Part shown: one piece after another, positions 47,037-57,077 of the stretch
Numbering within the stretch: the first letter of the stretch is position 1
Layout: the number at the start of each line of letters is the position of its first letter
IMG/VR virus record: IMGVR_UViG_3300037635_003078
Direction: 5' to 3' (one strand)
Length of the DNA: 60,712 nt
Origin: an uncultured virus (IMG/VR IMGVR_UViG_3300037635_003078)
Taxonomy: Duplodnaviria; Heunggongvirae; Uroviricota; Caudoviricetes
Notes under the pieces: model-generated
What the model was told of the DNA's origin: nothing
Seen by the model: only the letters and a program-made list of their open reading frames with translations
Databases searched by the model: none
Translations under genes and position numbers: made by a program

Positions 47037-47214
47037 AATAGACCTTAATAAATTAGAAGACTATGTAGATAGTCATGAGAGATATGAAAAATTTACAAAA
47101 TCAAATAGGAAGAAAGCTAATAATGAAGAAAACTTTCTCCAATCACAAGGGAAGTCTGTTGGGGGGAGAACGACTGACACTTATATCGGTCAACGAACAA
47201 AAGCAAGAACTTAG
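47029..47214 (+). CDS. Hypothetical protein
   Basis: 61-aa ORF whose start overlaps the upstream gene end. Confidence 0.4.
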   Translation: MGKIDLNKLEDYVDSHERYEKFTKSNRKKANNEENFLQSQGKSVGGRTTDTYIGQRTKART

Positions 47215-47278
47215 AGTATCAGACCCATTCGGAAGTGACTGGATAATTCCTTTGGAATTTGTAGATACTTATATATAA
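47123..47278 (+). CDS. Small hypothetical beta-rich protein
   Basis: ATG 47123; MKKTF...RVSDPFGSDWIIP. Overlaps the previous ORF by 92 nt. Confidence 0.4.
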   Translation: MKKTFSNHKGSLLGGERLTLISVNEQKQELRVSDPFGSDWIIPLEFVDTYI

Positions 47279-47289
47279 GGATATGTAAT

Positions 47290-47445
47290 ATGAGTGGATT
47301 GAGTAGATATGAAGAAGCACTTGAACGTTTAATCAAATCGGTTGATGAGAAGTGGTCAGCTTCATATAAAAAATCCATAGATTGTAATAACCCAAAAGGC
47401 TTTAGTCAAAAAGCACATTGTGCCGGCCGCAAAAAAGGAAAATAG
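47290..47445 (+). CDS. Small protein with KWS..YKKSIDCNNPKGFSQKAHC motif (not in the ORF track)
   Basis: Own translation, 51 aa; motif recalled from T4-like phage hypotheticals; follows an ATACTTATA motif. Confidence 0.7.
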   Translation: MSGLSRYEEALERLIKSVDEKWSASYKKSIDCNNPKGFSQKAHCAGRKKGK

Positions 47446-47446
47446 T

Positions 47447-48328
47447 ATGTTACTAAAAGTAGGTTCAAAAGGAAACGAAGTTAAATTATTACAAGAGTTT
47501 TTAGAAATTGGCGCAGATGGTATATTCGGTAAAGGAACTGAGAAATCAGTTAAAGAATTCCAAAAAATCAATGGTTTGGTTGCTGATGGTATCGTTGGCG
47601 CTTCCACTTGGGATTGTATGGGTTTGGCTACTACTGATGACTCAGAAAAGACATTCGAAACGGAAAATTGTCTAATTGTTAATAGACATTACTTACCTAA
47701 TGGTGAGTATAAATCAGGCCCAACTAATAAAGAGTATATATTCTTACATCATACTGCAGGGTGGCACAACCCATTCAATTGTATCGACCAATGGGGTAGA
47801 GATTCTCGTGGTGCAGTAGCAACTGAATTTGTATTAGGTGGTCCATCAGTAAAAGGTAACAATGAAGACTATGATGGTGTAATGGTACAAGCATTTCCTG
47901 AAGGTGGTTATGGGTGGCACTTAGGTAAGAATGGGTCACAGTATATGCACACACATTCAGTAGGAATTGAAGTGTGTAACTTTGGCTGGATTAAAGATGG
48001 TAAAACATATGCCGGTACACGAGTTCATGAATCTCAGTTGGTTGAGTTAGACACCCCATTTAGAGGATTCAAAACTTGGCACAAATATTCCGATGACCAA
48101 ATCGAAGCACTTAGAAAGTGGATTCTATGGATTGGTGAGAGAGATAACATTGATGTAAGAAGCGGATTAGTAGAAGAAGTAAAGAAAAAAGGTGCAGGTG
48201 GATTTGAATTCAATGAAGATGCATACTATGGTAGAGTAAAGGGTATGTGGACTCATACTAATACACGTAAAGATAAGTTTGATATGTTCCCACAACAAGA
48301 ACTATTAGATATGTTAATCTCTTTATAG
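47447..48328 (+). CDS. Endolysin: peptidoglycan-binding domain plus N-acetylmuramoyl-L-alanine amidase
   Basis: ADGIFG..T...VKEFQ..NGL.ADGIVG..TW; LHHTAG, SVGIEVCN, H...RKDKFD. Confidence 0.9.
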   Translation: MLLKVGSKGNEVKLLQEFLEIGADGIFGKGTEKSVKEFQKINGLVADGIVGASTWDCMGLATTDDSEKTFETENCLIVNRHYLPNGEYKSGPTNKEYIFLHHTAGWHNPFNCIDQWGRDSRGAVATEFVLGGPSVKGNNEDYDGVMVQAFPEGGYGWHLGKNGSQYMHTHSVGIEVCNFGWIKDGKTYAGTRVHESQLVELDTPFRGFKTWHKYSDDQIEALRKWILWIGERDNIDVRSGLVEEVKKKGAGGFEFNEDAYYGRVKGMWTHTNTRKDKFDMFPQQELLDMLISL

Positions 48329-48377
48329 TAATATTACATAGTTATAACAGTAACGTAAATCATCCACGGAATTTATT

Positions 48378-51335
48378 ATGAAAAAGTATTTAATTAATTT
48401 ATTACTATTGTTATTACCAACTGTAACATTAGCACAAGGTACAAGTTGGTTTGAGTTAAAAGTAGAATTTGGTAGATACATATTCACCAGTGGAAATGTA
48501 TATTCAAACGACCAGTCAATTTTAATAAAGCAAGGTAACGATACATTATACTACAAAGACTACGTTTCCTTAACTAATCCAAGTACTTACAACTACACTA
48601 TTTTAAATTGTGATACTGGTGATGTTAAGATAATACTTAACTCTAATAGAACTAGATGGTGGGATAATCAAGGTGTACCTCCGGTTGTGTGGTTACGAAA
48701 CGCAACTCAAGATACATTTGTAAACATAGCCCCAATGACATTAGGGTTATTTAGTGGTGCAAACTCAGTTTACTCATACGATACAACTGTTAATCTCCTA
48801 TCACAACCACCACCATACGCAGGTTGTATGGATACATTATCTTCAACTTACGACTCTAATGCTAATATTAATAATGGTCAATGTAAATATCCTGTAACTT
48901 TTGCAGTAGATATGAACTCTTATAATGACACGTTCTCTCAAGTTTATGTAAGTGGGCAGTTTAATAGTTGGAGTGGTATTGCAGATTCTTTATCTGATTC
49001 AGATGGTGATGGTATTTGGACAGGTACTATTGATATACTAAACAATCCAGGTTGGTTATGGAAGTACTCAGTTGATAACTGGGTTGACCAAGAGTTACCA
49101 CCAAATATGCAAAACAATCAAAACCCATACGCTACTTGTTTCTTATTAGATGCCGCAGGGTTTACAAATAGAAATCTTATTGTAGATGGAACATCAGTAG
49201 TATTAGATACTAATTGTTGGGAAAAGTGTTTAGATTGTGCTGATATTATAGGATGTACTGATACCACTTCTGCCGAATACAACCCATGGGCTACAATAAG
49301 TGATGGGAAGTGTATAGGGAATCCAGCAGATACACTTTCTTGTTCTTCAAGTGAAACTTACTTAGACGTACAATTCACTCCCGATAACTATGGTAGTGAA
49401 TCAAGTTGGATTCTTTATGACAATAATGGAGCAGTATATACAGCATCTCAAGGGACCTATTCTGGCGCATCACCAGGTATAGCTATATCACATTACATTT
49501 GTGTTGATACAAATGTATTAGTAGATATTGTAATTAACGATTCTTATGGTGATGGTTTAAATGGTACTTTATTTGGTGGTCAAGTAGATGGTGATTTAAA
49601 AGTATATGATTGTTCAGGTAATCTATTATGGTCGTTATCTGATACAATTCCAAATGGTAACTTTGGGTATCAATTCACATCTCCACAATTTAATACTGGA
49701 GGGATATGTTCTTCAGGCGCGTCTGATGTTTATGGGTGTATGAATCCATTCTCAACCACATACAATCCAAGTGCTACAATAGACACGGGTACGTGTGGGC
49801 CAGCCCGAATAGTAGGATGTACTGACACATCAGCATTCAACTATGTAGATACCGCTAACACCAGTGAGATAATGACTGGCGATTATACCTTAAAAATAAA
49901 AGATGGCGCCTCAAATGGTTGGGGTGGTACTTGGTTAGGTATCAAACAAGGTGATAACTTGTCTCCTCAATTTAAAATGGGACCAAATGATGGTTATGAA
50001 TTAACGTTTGATGTACCTTTAAACATCTATGAACCAATTGATTTGTACCTATTTACAACGACTCAATCTCAAAACTCAATCGCTCAGATAGCATATACGT
50101 TGTATGGTCCTGAAGGTGATACTATTGTAGATGTTCCGTTTTGGGGAGCAACTACATTACAATTCCCCATAATTCAAAGAGTTGATTCACAACCAACATT
50201 TGGTGATGTTTGTATCGAAAAAGTATTCGGATGTACCGATTCAACATCTATTAATTACGATTCATTAGCTAATACCGATGATGGTGGGTGTATTCCTGTT
50301 ATTTTAGGATGTATGAATCCATTGTCATTTAATTACAACCCTAATGCAAATACGCCTGATACTTGTATAGCTATTAAAGTAGGTTGTACGGATTCAACAA
50401 TGTGGAATTACGACCCATTAGCAAATACGTCAGGTACTTGTATTCCTTATATCTATGGTTGTACAAACCCATCCTCATTTAATTATAATGCATTAGCTAA
50501 CACGGATGATGGTTCATGTGTTCCTGTAATTTATGGGTGTACGGACCCAACATCTTATAATTACGATTCATTAGCTAACACGGATGATGGGTCGTGTATC
50601 GCTAGAGTGTATGGTTGTACTGATTCAACTTCGTTTAACTTTGACCCATTAGCTAATACTGATAATGGAACTTGTGTTCCTTACATTTATGGGTGTATGG
50701 ATGTTAACTCATTTAACTACAATCCTGATGCTAATACAAATCAAGTATCGGCTACTGATTTTTCAAACCCATGTATTCCAATTATCTATGGTTGTACTGA
50801 TTCAACGTCACTTAACTACAACCCATTAGCTAATACTGATAATGGTAGTTGTATTACCCCAATATATGGTTGTACTGACCCAAATGCTCATAATTATAAC
50901 CCAAATGCTAATGTTTCTGACACTACGGCGTGTTTATATGATGCTGGGTGTATAGATGGGCCTGGTAACCCATATTGGTTAAATGACCCATGTTACGCTT
51001 GGGTAATTGATGTAGACGAGTATTGTTGTACTAATTCGTGGGACACTGATTGTCAATATCTGTATGATTATTGTGCTACTGTCAATGGTACTCTTAGTAT
51101 TGATGATATTGACTTTAAAAATATTGTTGTGTATCCTAACCCAACAACAAATACATTAAATATCAGAACTACCTTGGATATTACATATACTTTATACGAC
51201 TTTATGGGTAAATTGATTGTTGAAAATTCTAAAGAACGAACAATTGATATGTCATCATTAGCAAATGGTGTTTATTTCCTATCAATTGAACACCATGGTA
51301 CACGATTTAATAAAAAAATTGTAAAGGAAGATTAA
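48378..51335 (+). CDS. Secreted Cys-rich repeat protein with T9SS type-A C-terminal sorting domain
   Basis: Sec signal peptide (..TLA|QG); CBM48-like VTFAVDM..VSGQFNSW..DGDGIW; 13 GC(T/M)(D/N) repeats; C-terminal VYPNP...YDFMGK...IDMSSLANGVYFL...KIVK. Confidence 0.85.
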   Translation: MKKYLINLLLLLLPTVTLAQGTSWFELKVEFGRYIFTSGNVYSNDQSILIKQGNDTLYYKDYVSLTNPSTYNYTILNCDTGDVKIILNSNRTRWWDNQGVPPVVWLRNATQDTFVNIAPMTLGLFSGANSVYSYDTTVNLLSQPPPYAGCMDTLSSTYDSNANINNGQCKYPVTFAVDMNSYNDTFSQVYVSGQFNSWSGIADSLSDSDGDGIWTGTIDILNNPGWLWKYSVDNWVDQELPPNMQNNQNPYATCFLLDAAGFTNRNLIVDGTSVVLDTNCWEKCLDCADIIGCTDTTSAEYNPWATISDGKCIGNPADTLSCSSSETYLDVQFTPDNYGSESSWILYDNNGAVYTASQGTYSGASPGIAISHYICVDTNVLVDIVINDSYGDGLNGTLFGGQVDGDLKVYDCSGNLLWSLSDTIPNGNFGYQFTSPQFNTGGICSSGASDVYGCMNPFSTTYNPSATIDTGTCGPARIVGCTDTSAFNYVDTANTSEIMTGDYTLKIKDGASNGWGGTWLGIKQGDNLSPQFKMGPNDGYELTFDVPLNIYEPIDLYLFTTTQSQNSIAQIAYTLYGPEGDTIVDVPFWGATTLQFPIIQRVDSQPTFGDVCIEKVFGCTDSTSINYDSLANTDDGGCIPVILGCMNPLSFNYNPNANTPDTCIAIKVGCTDSTMWNYDPLANTSGTCIPYIYGCTNPSSFNYNALANTDDGSCVPVIYGCTDPTSYNYDSLANTDDGSCIARVYGCTDSTSFNFDPLANTDNGTCVPYIYGCMDVNSFNYNPDANTNQVSATDFSNPCIPIIYGCTDSTSLNYNPLANTDNGSCITPIYGCTDPNAHNYNPNANVSDTTACLYDAGCIDGPGNPYWLNDPCYAWVIDVDEYCCTNSWDTDCQYLYDYCATVNGTLSIDDIDFKNIVVYPNPTTNTLNIRTTLDITYTLYDFMGKLIVENSKERTIDMSSLANGVYFLSIEHHGTRFNKKIVKED
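50225..50937 (+). repeat. Nine tandem ~26-codon GC(T/M)(D/N)..NY.P.ANTDDG.C repeats
   Basis: Visible in both protein and DNA (e.g. recurring ggttgtactgattcaac...gctaatactgataatgg). Confidence 0.9.
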
Positions 51336-51336
51336 T

Positions 51337-52416
51337 ATGAAAAAGTTATTGTTATTACTGATATTACCTCTTACAATGTCAGCACAAACTAAAGATGATA
51401 AATCAACACTTAGTGATTTCAAAAAGAATTTAAATAAAATTACTAAGTTTGCTACATTCTATGGTGCATATAATGGTAATAATTCGATTTCGGATATTAC
51501 CACATACTCAGTTACGGATGGGCTAAGTACGACAACAACTGTAACTCCTTACGATTACTCAGCAGTATTTGGATTGAGAAAGATTCAGAGATTTGGATAT
51601 GAACCAAATATTCAGAATAGGTTTAAGAATGGTACTGAAAACTCATTCTCAGATGCAGCAACCATAGGAAGTAAATCACGTGGATTCGAGTATTTGTTCG
51701 AATTTGATTATAGAAGACAACAAGGTAAGCAGTTCTTAAATCAAGACCACTTTGTAAGATACATTGCAGACAACTATGTATTTAAAGTAGAATACTTAGA
51801 GGATGGGTTTGCTGATATTGGTTATTTCGAGTCTTCAGAAAGACTTAGACATAAGTTCAATAGAAAGTTTTCAATTAATATAGGTGCAATGCAACGTATC
51901 TCAGAACCATATGGATTCGACCCATTTGCCGATTGTATAAGACCTGATGGTAGTATCCCATGGATGAAAATAGCTACCGATATGGGGTACAATTGGAATA
52001 CATTGGGGTTGGGTGATGTTTATACAAATCCTAATGGTGAAATAGTAGCTAATAGTACCGCAGTATTCGAAGAAGTGGTTGTACCACAAATACTTTCAGA
52101 GTATGCTAATAACCAAAGAAATCAGTTACCTAACAAATGGGAACACTCATTGGTATTAGGATTTGATTATTACAAATACTCTAAAAACTTTTGGTTACAC
52201 TCGTGGGCAAACTTGTTACCATATCACCTTGACTTAGACGATGATTATAGTTACCATAAATTTCACAATGGGCAATGGATAGATTATTCAGGTGGACTAA
52301 TTCTTGGATACCGATTCAATAAGTCATTGGGTATATTTACTGAAGGTAGATATCATCAATATTGGAATCGTAGTTGGTATGAATTCTCAACTGGTATAAA
52401 CTTTATTATATTATAA
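51337..52416 (+). CDS. Predicted outer-membrane beta-barrel protein
   Basis: Signal peptide ending MSA|Q; aromatic-rich amphipathic strands; C-terminal strand YEFSTGINFIIL. Confidence 0.6.
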   Translation: MKKLLLLLILPLTMSAQTKDDKSTLSDFKKNLNKITKFATFYGAYNGNNSISDITTYSVTDGLSTTTTVTPYDYSAVFGLRKIQRFGYEPNIQNRFKNGTENSFSDAATIGSKSRGFEYLFEFDYRRQQGKQFLNQDHFVRYIADNYVFKVEYLEDGFADIGYFESSERLRHKFNRKFSINIGAMQRISEPYGFDPFADCIRPDGSIPWMKIATDMGYNWNTLGLGDVYTNPNGEIVANSTAVFEEVVVPQILSEYANNQRNQLPNKWEHSLVLGFDYYKYSKNFWLHSWANLLPYHLDLDDDYSYHKFHNGQWIDYSGGLILGYRFNKSLGIFTEGRYHQYWNRSWYEFSTGINFIIL

Positions 52417-52420
52417 TATC

Positions 52421-52654
52421 ATGAAAAACTTTAAAAAAAATATTGGAACATTATTATTGACTATCATAGTAATACTCCACATAATATTCATACATTTAAA
52501 GATATCAAGCGTAGAATCTAAGATTCCAACTGACTATGTACCAAGAATGGAATATGAATTAAAAGACCAAATGATTAGACAATCGATAAATAATATTTTT
52601 GGTGATATTAGAGAAATACAAAAAGAACTTGAAAAAATAGAAGAGGGGAAGTAA
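52421..52654 (+). CDS. Single-TM membrane protein with coiled coil (paralog A)
   Basis: N-terminal TM; PRMEYELKDQMIR. Confidence 0.65.
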   Translation: MKNFKKNIGTLLLTIIVILHIIFIHLKISSVESKIPTDYVPRMEYELKDQMIRQSINNIFGDIREIQKELEKIEEGK

Positions 52655-52657
52655 GTT

Positions 52658-52942
52658 ATGGCTAAGAAGTTAGATGAGGGAACTCAAATTACTTTAGATT
52701 TAAAAACAATAGGAATCATCTTATTCTTTGTTGCCACTGTCGTAGGTATGTGGTTTACATTACAATCTGACATAGAAGATGCAAAAGAATTACCAATACC
52801 ACCCGATCCAGAAGTAACACGGATGGAGTTCGATATGAAAGACCAGATGATTCGTAATACTATTCTTAATACACAAGGTGATGTTACTGAGATAAAAGAG
52901 GACATGAAGCGTATAGAAGAAAAAATAGATGAGTTGAGGTAA
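52658..52942 (+). CDS. Single-TM membrane protein with coiled coil (paralog B)
   Basis: TM; TRMEFDMKDQMIR. Confidence 0.7.
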   Translation: MAKKLDEGTQITLDLKTIGIILFFVATVVGMWFTLQSDIEDAKELPIPPDPEVTRMEFDMKDQMIRNTILNTQGDVTEIKEDMKRIEEKIDELR

Positions 52943-52943
52943 C

Positions 52944-53273
52944 ATGAAAAAGATACTACTAATATTATCATTACTATTCATTACAAATATATCAAAAGCT
53001 CAGATAGTTGTAATACACTTCAATGCTGCTTGGAACGAATCTAATTCAGTTAAGTGGGTAGATGGTTTAGAAGATTGTGATATAGAACACGTTGATATCG
53101 CTAAAAAACCCAAACTACAAAAAGAATATCAAGTAGTAGTAGTACCTACTATTATAATACTTCAGTATGATGAAGTTAAAAAAAGATACCAAGCTGACTT
53201 GAGTTTTAAACTTAGTGCTACAAAAGAAGAAATACAAGATGCAATAGATGAACTTGTACTAAGTGGGTTTTAA
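52944..53273 (+). CDS. Exported thioredoxin-fold protein lacking CxxC
   Basis: Signal peptide SKA|Q; HFNAAWNE in place of WCxxC; VVVPT cis-Pro loop. Confidence 0.7.
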   Translation: MKKILLILSLLFITNISKAQIVVIHFNAAWNESNSVKWVDGLEDCDIEHVDIAKKPKLQKEYQVVVVPTIIILQYDEVKKRYQADLSFKLSATKEEIQDAIDELVLSGF

Positions 53274-53312
53274 CATCGTTACATATTTATAATCAATAAG
53301 GAGTTACATTAC

Positions 53313-53558
53313 ATGAAAACAATTTGGAGAAAGATTATGGCTTTTAAAGACATTTTTAAAGATGACAACGATGTAAACGAGAAAAATGTAATAGGATTTC
53401 TATCATTTGCAGTAATGGTAATATTCGCAGCTGCCGATTTAATTACTGGTTACTTAGGTAAAGATTTGGTAGTTCAAGAATTCATATACAACTCATTTGT
53501 GTTTATAACACTTGGTTGTTTTGGCATCGCAGGCTTAGAAAAGTTTGCTAAAAAATAG
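53313..53558 (+). CDS. Two-TM small membrane protein, holin-like
   Basis: Two hydrophobic helices, basic C-terminus, two nearby Met codons. Confidence 0.5.
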   Translation: MKTIWRKIMAFKDIFKDDNDVNEKNVIGFLSFAVMVIFAAADLITGYLGKDLVVQEFIYNSFVFITLGCFGIAGLEKFAKK

Positions 53559-53564
53559 TAAAAA

Positions 53565-54209
53565 GTGAAACTTAGTGATATAATAGAACTCAAGTCAATG
53601 GGGTACTCCGATGAGATTGACCCTAAACACTTGAAGGTGATGAAGGAAACTCCATCTATGTTGGCTGACTTTGAATGGAAGCAATTCGCAGGTCAACCAC
53701 CACATGGTAATGATAATTCCAAAACGAAGATGGAACTCCACCAACTTGCTAAACTCCCTATGGATAACTCATTCGTAAAAGAAATGGATGATATATCTAA
53801 AGTATTCAAAGACTATTGTAATACAGTAGATATCGATTACCCAAAAGGATTAGTGGATATATTGATTGACGATTCTCGTATTTTCATAACTAAACTTAAA
53901 TACTTATATAATAGACCACGACCCAAACAATTGGCAAAACACCCAATGGTGAATGTCCCAATGAAGGATACTGAGTTGGACTCTATGAATACTCCCTCAT
54001 ATCCAAGCGGACACTCAACTCAAGGTGTGTTAATTGGTTTGGTTTTGAGTGATATGTATCCGGACCATCAACACAATTTAATGGACTTAGCAAAAGACAT
54101 ATCATACTCACGAAATGTGGGAAGAGCACACTACCCATCAGACTCAAAGTTTGGTGAAAAGCTTGGTAACGAAATGTTTAAGTATTTAAAAAAAGTGAAA
54201 CTAATATAA
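53565..54209 (+). CDS. PAP2/haloperoxidase-superfamily phosphatase
   Basis: K...NRPRP, PSYPSGHS, SR...AHYPSD. Confidence 0.85.
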   Translation: MKLSDIIELKSMGYSDEIDPKHLKVMKETPSMLADFEWKQFAGQPPHGNDNSKTKMELHQLAKLPMDNSFVKEMDDISKVFKDYCNTVDIDYPKGLVDILIDDSRIFITKLKYLYNRPRPKQLAKHPMVNVPMKDTELDSMNTPSYPSGHSTQGVLIGLVLSDMYPDHQHNLMDLAKDISYSRNVGRAHYPSDSKFGEKLGNEMFKYLKKVKLI

Positions 54210-55297
54210 TGTCACTATACAAACAACATATGGGTGTTCGAATTGCCGAAGGTATTGACCTTGATATGATGAAGCTCATCAACAAGGCTATGAAGCAAAT
54301 GCCCGGCTCTCCAAAGCAAAAGAAGACTATTGCACAACTAAATAAGTTGAGAAAATCTGCCGGACTTGAACCACTCAAAGAAGATATCAAAATACCAATT
54401 AAAGTGGGTGATACTGTTTTAGGTGGTAAATTCAAGAACAAGAGAATTGTAGTAAAGTCAATCGGTAAGAATGAAAAAGGTGATATCACAATCAATGGTA
54501 GACCACTCCTAAAGTATCGTATTATAGATAAGGTAGAAGAATCCGTACTAGCTGATAAGATTGAGTGTGACAATTGTGGTTCGACTTGGATGAAGAAAGA
54601 TGGTGGTGATGACTTATACATTTGTCATAAGTGTGGTCACGACAATCAGAAATACGACAAAGCAGATAAGAGTTATAAACGACTCAATGTAGGTGAATCA
54701 TCTATCAACGAGTTTGGTGGTACTTTGTTTCATTTAGTTGGATTTGATTCAAACAACAAACCAGTTCAAAAGATAATCAAAAGGGTATCCGACTCCTTTA
54801 TGAAGGATGTTGCCAAGTATGGTTCTGAAAAACTATTCAAAAGTGGTAAGAATGTCGAGTATGTAAAGATATACTACGACAAGAACCATTTGGTAACTGT
54901 AAAAGATGGTGGTAGAAAAATAGTCAAAGAAAAGAGTTGGGGTAAGTTACCAATCAACGAAATCCCAATGGGAGACCTTCAGAAGATTGACCAATTCGCA
55001 GATAAGAAACTCAATCCAGTAGATGTAGTTCTAACTGACAAACATTTCTTTGATAGATTGAACGACCCCCGTAATGGTAAAGAGATATCACAAGCAGAAC
55101 TCATAGGGTTCTTTAAACGATTGAGTAAGAAGAAGAAAGAGTTTGTTGAGTTTTTAAATCAGTATAACTCATTGGTGGCTGTGGATGATAGAACAAATCT
55201 TAACATTCCATTTATGAAGCAGGCAAACAAGGCAATCGCAAAAACAGTGATGCGTAAAAAAGATTTCAAATCTTCCGACAAAAAGTTGGATATTTAA
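54209..55297 (+). CDS. Modular hypothetical protein with zinc ribbon
   Basis: CDNC..CHKC; C-terminal HFFDRLNDPRN module; modules joined at hydrophobic-x-E sites. Confidence 0.55.
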   Translation: MSLYKQHMGVRIAEGIDLDMMKLINKAMKQMPGSPKQKKTIAQLNKLRKSAGLEPLKEDIKIPIKVGDTVLGGKFKNKRIVVKSIGKNEKGDITINGRPLLKYRIIDKVEESVLADKIECDNCGSTWMKKDGGDDLYICHKCGHDNQKYDKADKSYKRLNVGESSINEFGGTLFHLVGFDSNNKPVQKIIKRVSDSFMKDVAKYGSEKLFKSGKNVEYVKIYYDKNHLVTVKDGGRKIVKEKSWGKLPINEIPMGDLQKIDQFADKKLNPVDVVLTDKHFFDRLNDPRNGKEISQAELIGFFKRLSKKKKEFVEFLNQYNSLVAVDDRTNLNIPFMKQANKAIAKTVMRKKDFKSSDKKLDI

Positions 55298-55316
55298 TAA
55301 ATTATTCGTATATTAG
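55285..55316 (+). promoter_or_regulatory. Promoter GTTG-N20-TATATTAG (leaderless)
   Basis: GTTG 55285-55288, TATATTAG 55309-55316, ATG 55319. Confidence 0.6.
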
Positions 55317-55318
55317 TA

Positions 55319-56083
55319 ATGAAATTAAAACAACTCATATTAGAAGGAATGTACGATAAACTCACGGGTGAAATCAATAAAGACGTATTCAAAACTATCA
55401 AGAATGCTATTAAGGGTAGTGGTACTCAAGAGAAGCCAAAGAAGTTTAAAGGGTATGATGTTCGTAAAGACCCAATGCCAATGGTAGGTACAATGCAAAA
55501 CCTATTTCAAGGTGAAAATAGAACATTATATGTTGGTGACTACACTGATAAAGTTAGTGGTGTTAGTGTTGAGGTTGAACTCAAGCTCGCAGTAACTGAG
55601 GATGGTGTAGAGCCAGGTAAGTTCTTTATAGATGGTTCAGCTGAAGCTGATGAGGATTTCCCATCGTTGGAAGTAAATATTGGTATTCATTCCGATGATG
55701 TTAATGGTAGTGTATTTTCAAAGATACAGCCAGTACTCAGAGATTTAGTAAGACATGAGATAGAACACCTAACACATGGCAAGGGTTCCGGCGCAGAGAA
55801 GTCTGGTAAGAGGATGAGAGGTGATACTGCGATGAGACGAAAGATTCGGTCTAATCCTAAATTGTATTACAAATACTTCTTACTACCAAAAGAGGTAGAT
55901 GCAAACATCCACGGATTGTACTCTAAAGCAAAGACAATGAAACAACCCTACCAAAAAGTGGTTGATGATTACTTAGACTCGTTGGTTGATGATGATGTAA
56001 TCACAATTGAGAAGAGAAAAGAAATTTATAAGAAGTGGAAGAAACGAATCCCAAAGATTGGTGGACTCCCTAAATTGAAGTAA
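55319..56083 (+). CDS. Zincin-like HExxH protein
   Basis: VRHEIEHLTH with downstream Y....E..A. Confidence 0.65.
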   Translation: MKLKQLILEGMYDKLTGEINKDVFKTIKNAIKGSGTQEKPKKFKGYDVRKDPMPMVGTMQNLFQGENRTLYVGDYTDKVSGVSVEVELKLAVTEDGVEPGKFFIDGSAEADEDFPSLEVNIGIHSDDVNGSVFSKIQPVLRDLVRHEIEHLTHGKGSGAEKSGKRMRGDTAMRRKIRSNPKLYYKYFLLPKEVDANIHGLYSKAKTMKQPYQKVVDDYLDSLVDDDVITIEKRKEIYKKWKKRIPKIGGLPKLK

Positions 56084-56084
56084 T

Positions 56085-56654
56085 ATGGCTAAAGTATTAA
56101 GAGTTTTTGACTTTGATGACACACTTGCAACAACAGTGTCGTACATCTATGTAAAACACAAAGATGGGACTAAGACCACACTATCGCCAGAGGAATATGC
56201 AAAGTATACCGAAAAATCTGGTGACGAGTATGACTTTAGTGACTTCAATCGTATGTTGAACAAACCACAAGTTATTAAGAAGAACTTCAAACTACTCCAG
56301 CGTATGTTAAAGAACCCTTCTAAGAAGGTAACAATCTTAACTGCACGTAAGTTAGGTTTCCCTATACGAAAGTTCTTTAAAGACGAGTATGGGATGGATG
56401 TATATCCAGTAGCACTCGCATCTAACAATCCAAAGGACAAAGCAGATTGGATTGAAAAACATATCAAAAAAGGATATACTGACATCGCATTTATGGATGA
56501 CTCCATTAAGAATGTAAGAGCAGTGGGTAATCTACAAAAGAAATATCCAAATGTCAGAGTTAAGTCAGTACTCGCAGTAGAACATCTCAGTTCTAATGAA
56601 AAGACTGAATTAATAGAAAATTACCTATCTAACACATTCTTAGATATCATATAG
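56085..56654 (+). CDS. HAD-superfamily phosphatase
   Basis: VFDFDDTL, ILTAR, K, FMDD...N. Confidence 0.82.
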   Translation: MAKVLRVFDFDDTLATTVSYIYVKHKDGTKTTLSPEEYAKYTEKSGDEYDFSDFNRMLNKPQVIKKNFKLLQRMLKNPSKKVTILTARKLGFPIRKFFKDEYGMDVYPVALASNNPKDKADWIEKHIKKGYTDIAFMDDSIKNVRAVGNLQKKYPNVRVKSVLAVEHLSSNEKTELIENYLSNTFLDII

Positions 56655-56699
56655 ACTATTTATAACCATAAGTTACTTAATTCAATTAGGACTACGTAA

Positions 56700-57077
56700 A
56701 TGGCTAATACGCAAAAAGATATACTTAAAGAAATTCTTGTAGAAATTGCTGAAATGAAGGGTAAGTTACCAAATGGTGAACTTAAACGTATGGAAGTGAG
56801 TATTAACGAGATGAAAGAAGATTATTCAGACTTAAAGACTGATGTATCTGATATAAAATTTACACTCTTAAATCCTGAAGATGGTGTAATAGTACGTGTC
56901 AATAAAAACACGGTATATAGATATGACCGCGAAGACAAACAAGAGTACTATGATGGCGTACTAACCGAATTTGAAAAAATGAAAGATTGGAAGGATGGTG
57001 TTACCAAAGCTCTATGGATTTTATTTGGTTCAATGATAGGTGTACTCGGATACATTATAAAATCCAACTTTATGTGA
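56700..57077 (+). CDS. Coiled-coil protein with C-terminal TM helix
   Basis: Heptad pattern; ALWILFGSMIGVLGYII. Confidence 0.6.
   Translation: MANTQKDILKEILVEIAEMKGKLPNGELKRMEVSINEMKEDYSDLKTDVSDIKFTLLNPEDGVIVRVNKNTVYRYDREDKQEYYDGVLTEFEKMKDWKDGVTKALWILFGSMIGVLGYIIKSNFM

Noticed and set aside
50225..50937. Diversity-generating retroelement TR/VR pair
   Set aside because: The repeats are in-frame protein repeats with mostly synonymous variation, and there is no reverse transcriptase in the window.
26039..53558. Bacterial chromosomal O-antigen locus or host contamination
   Set aside because: No wzx/wzy/ABC export genes are present. Strand, gene packing and motif style match the flanking phage genes. 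Chimerism cannot be fully excluded without reads.
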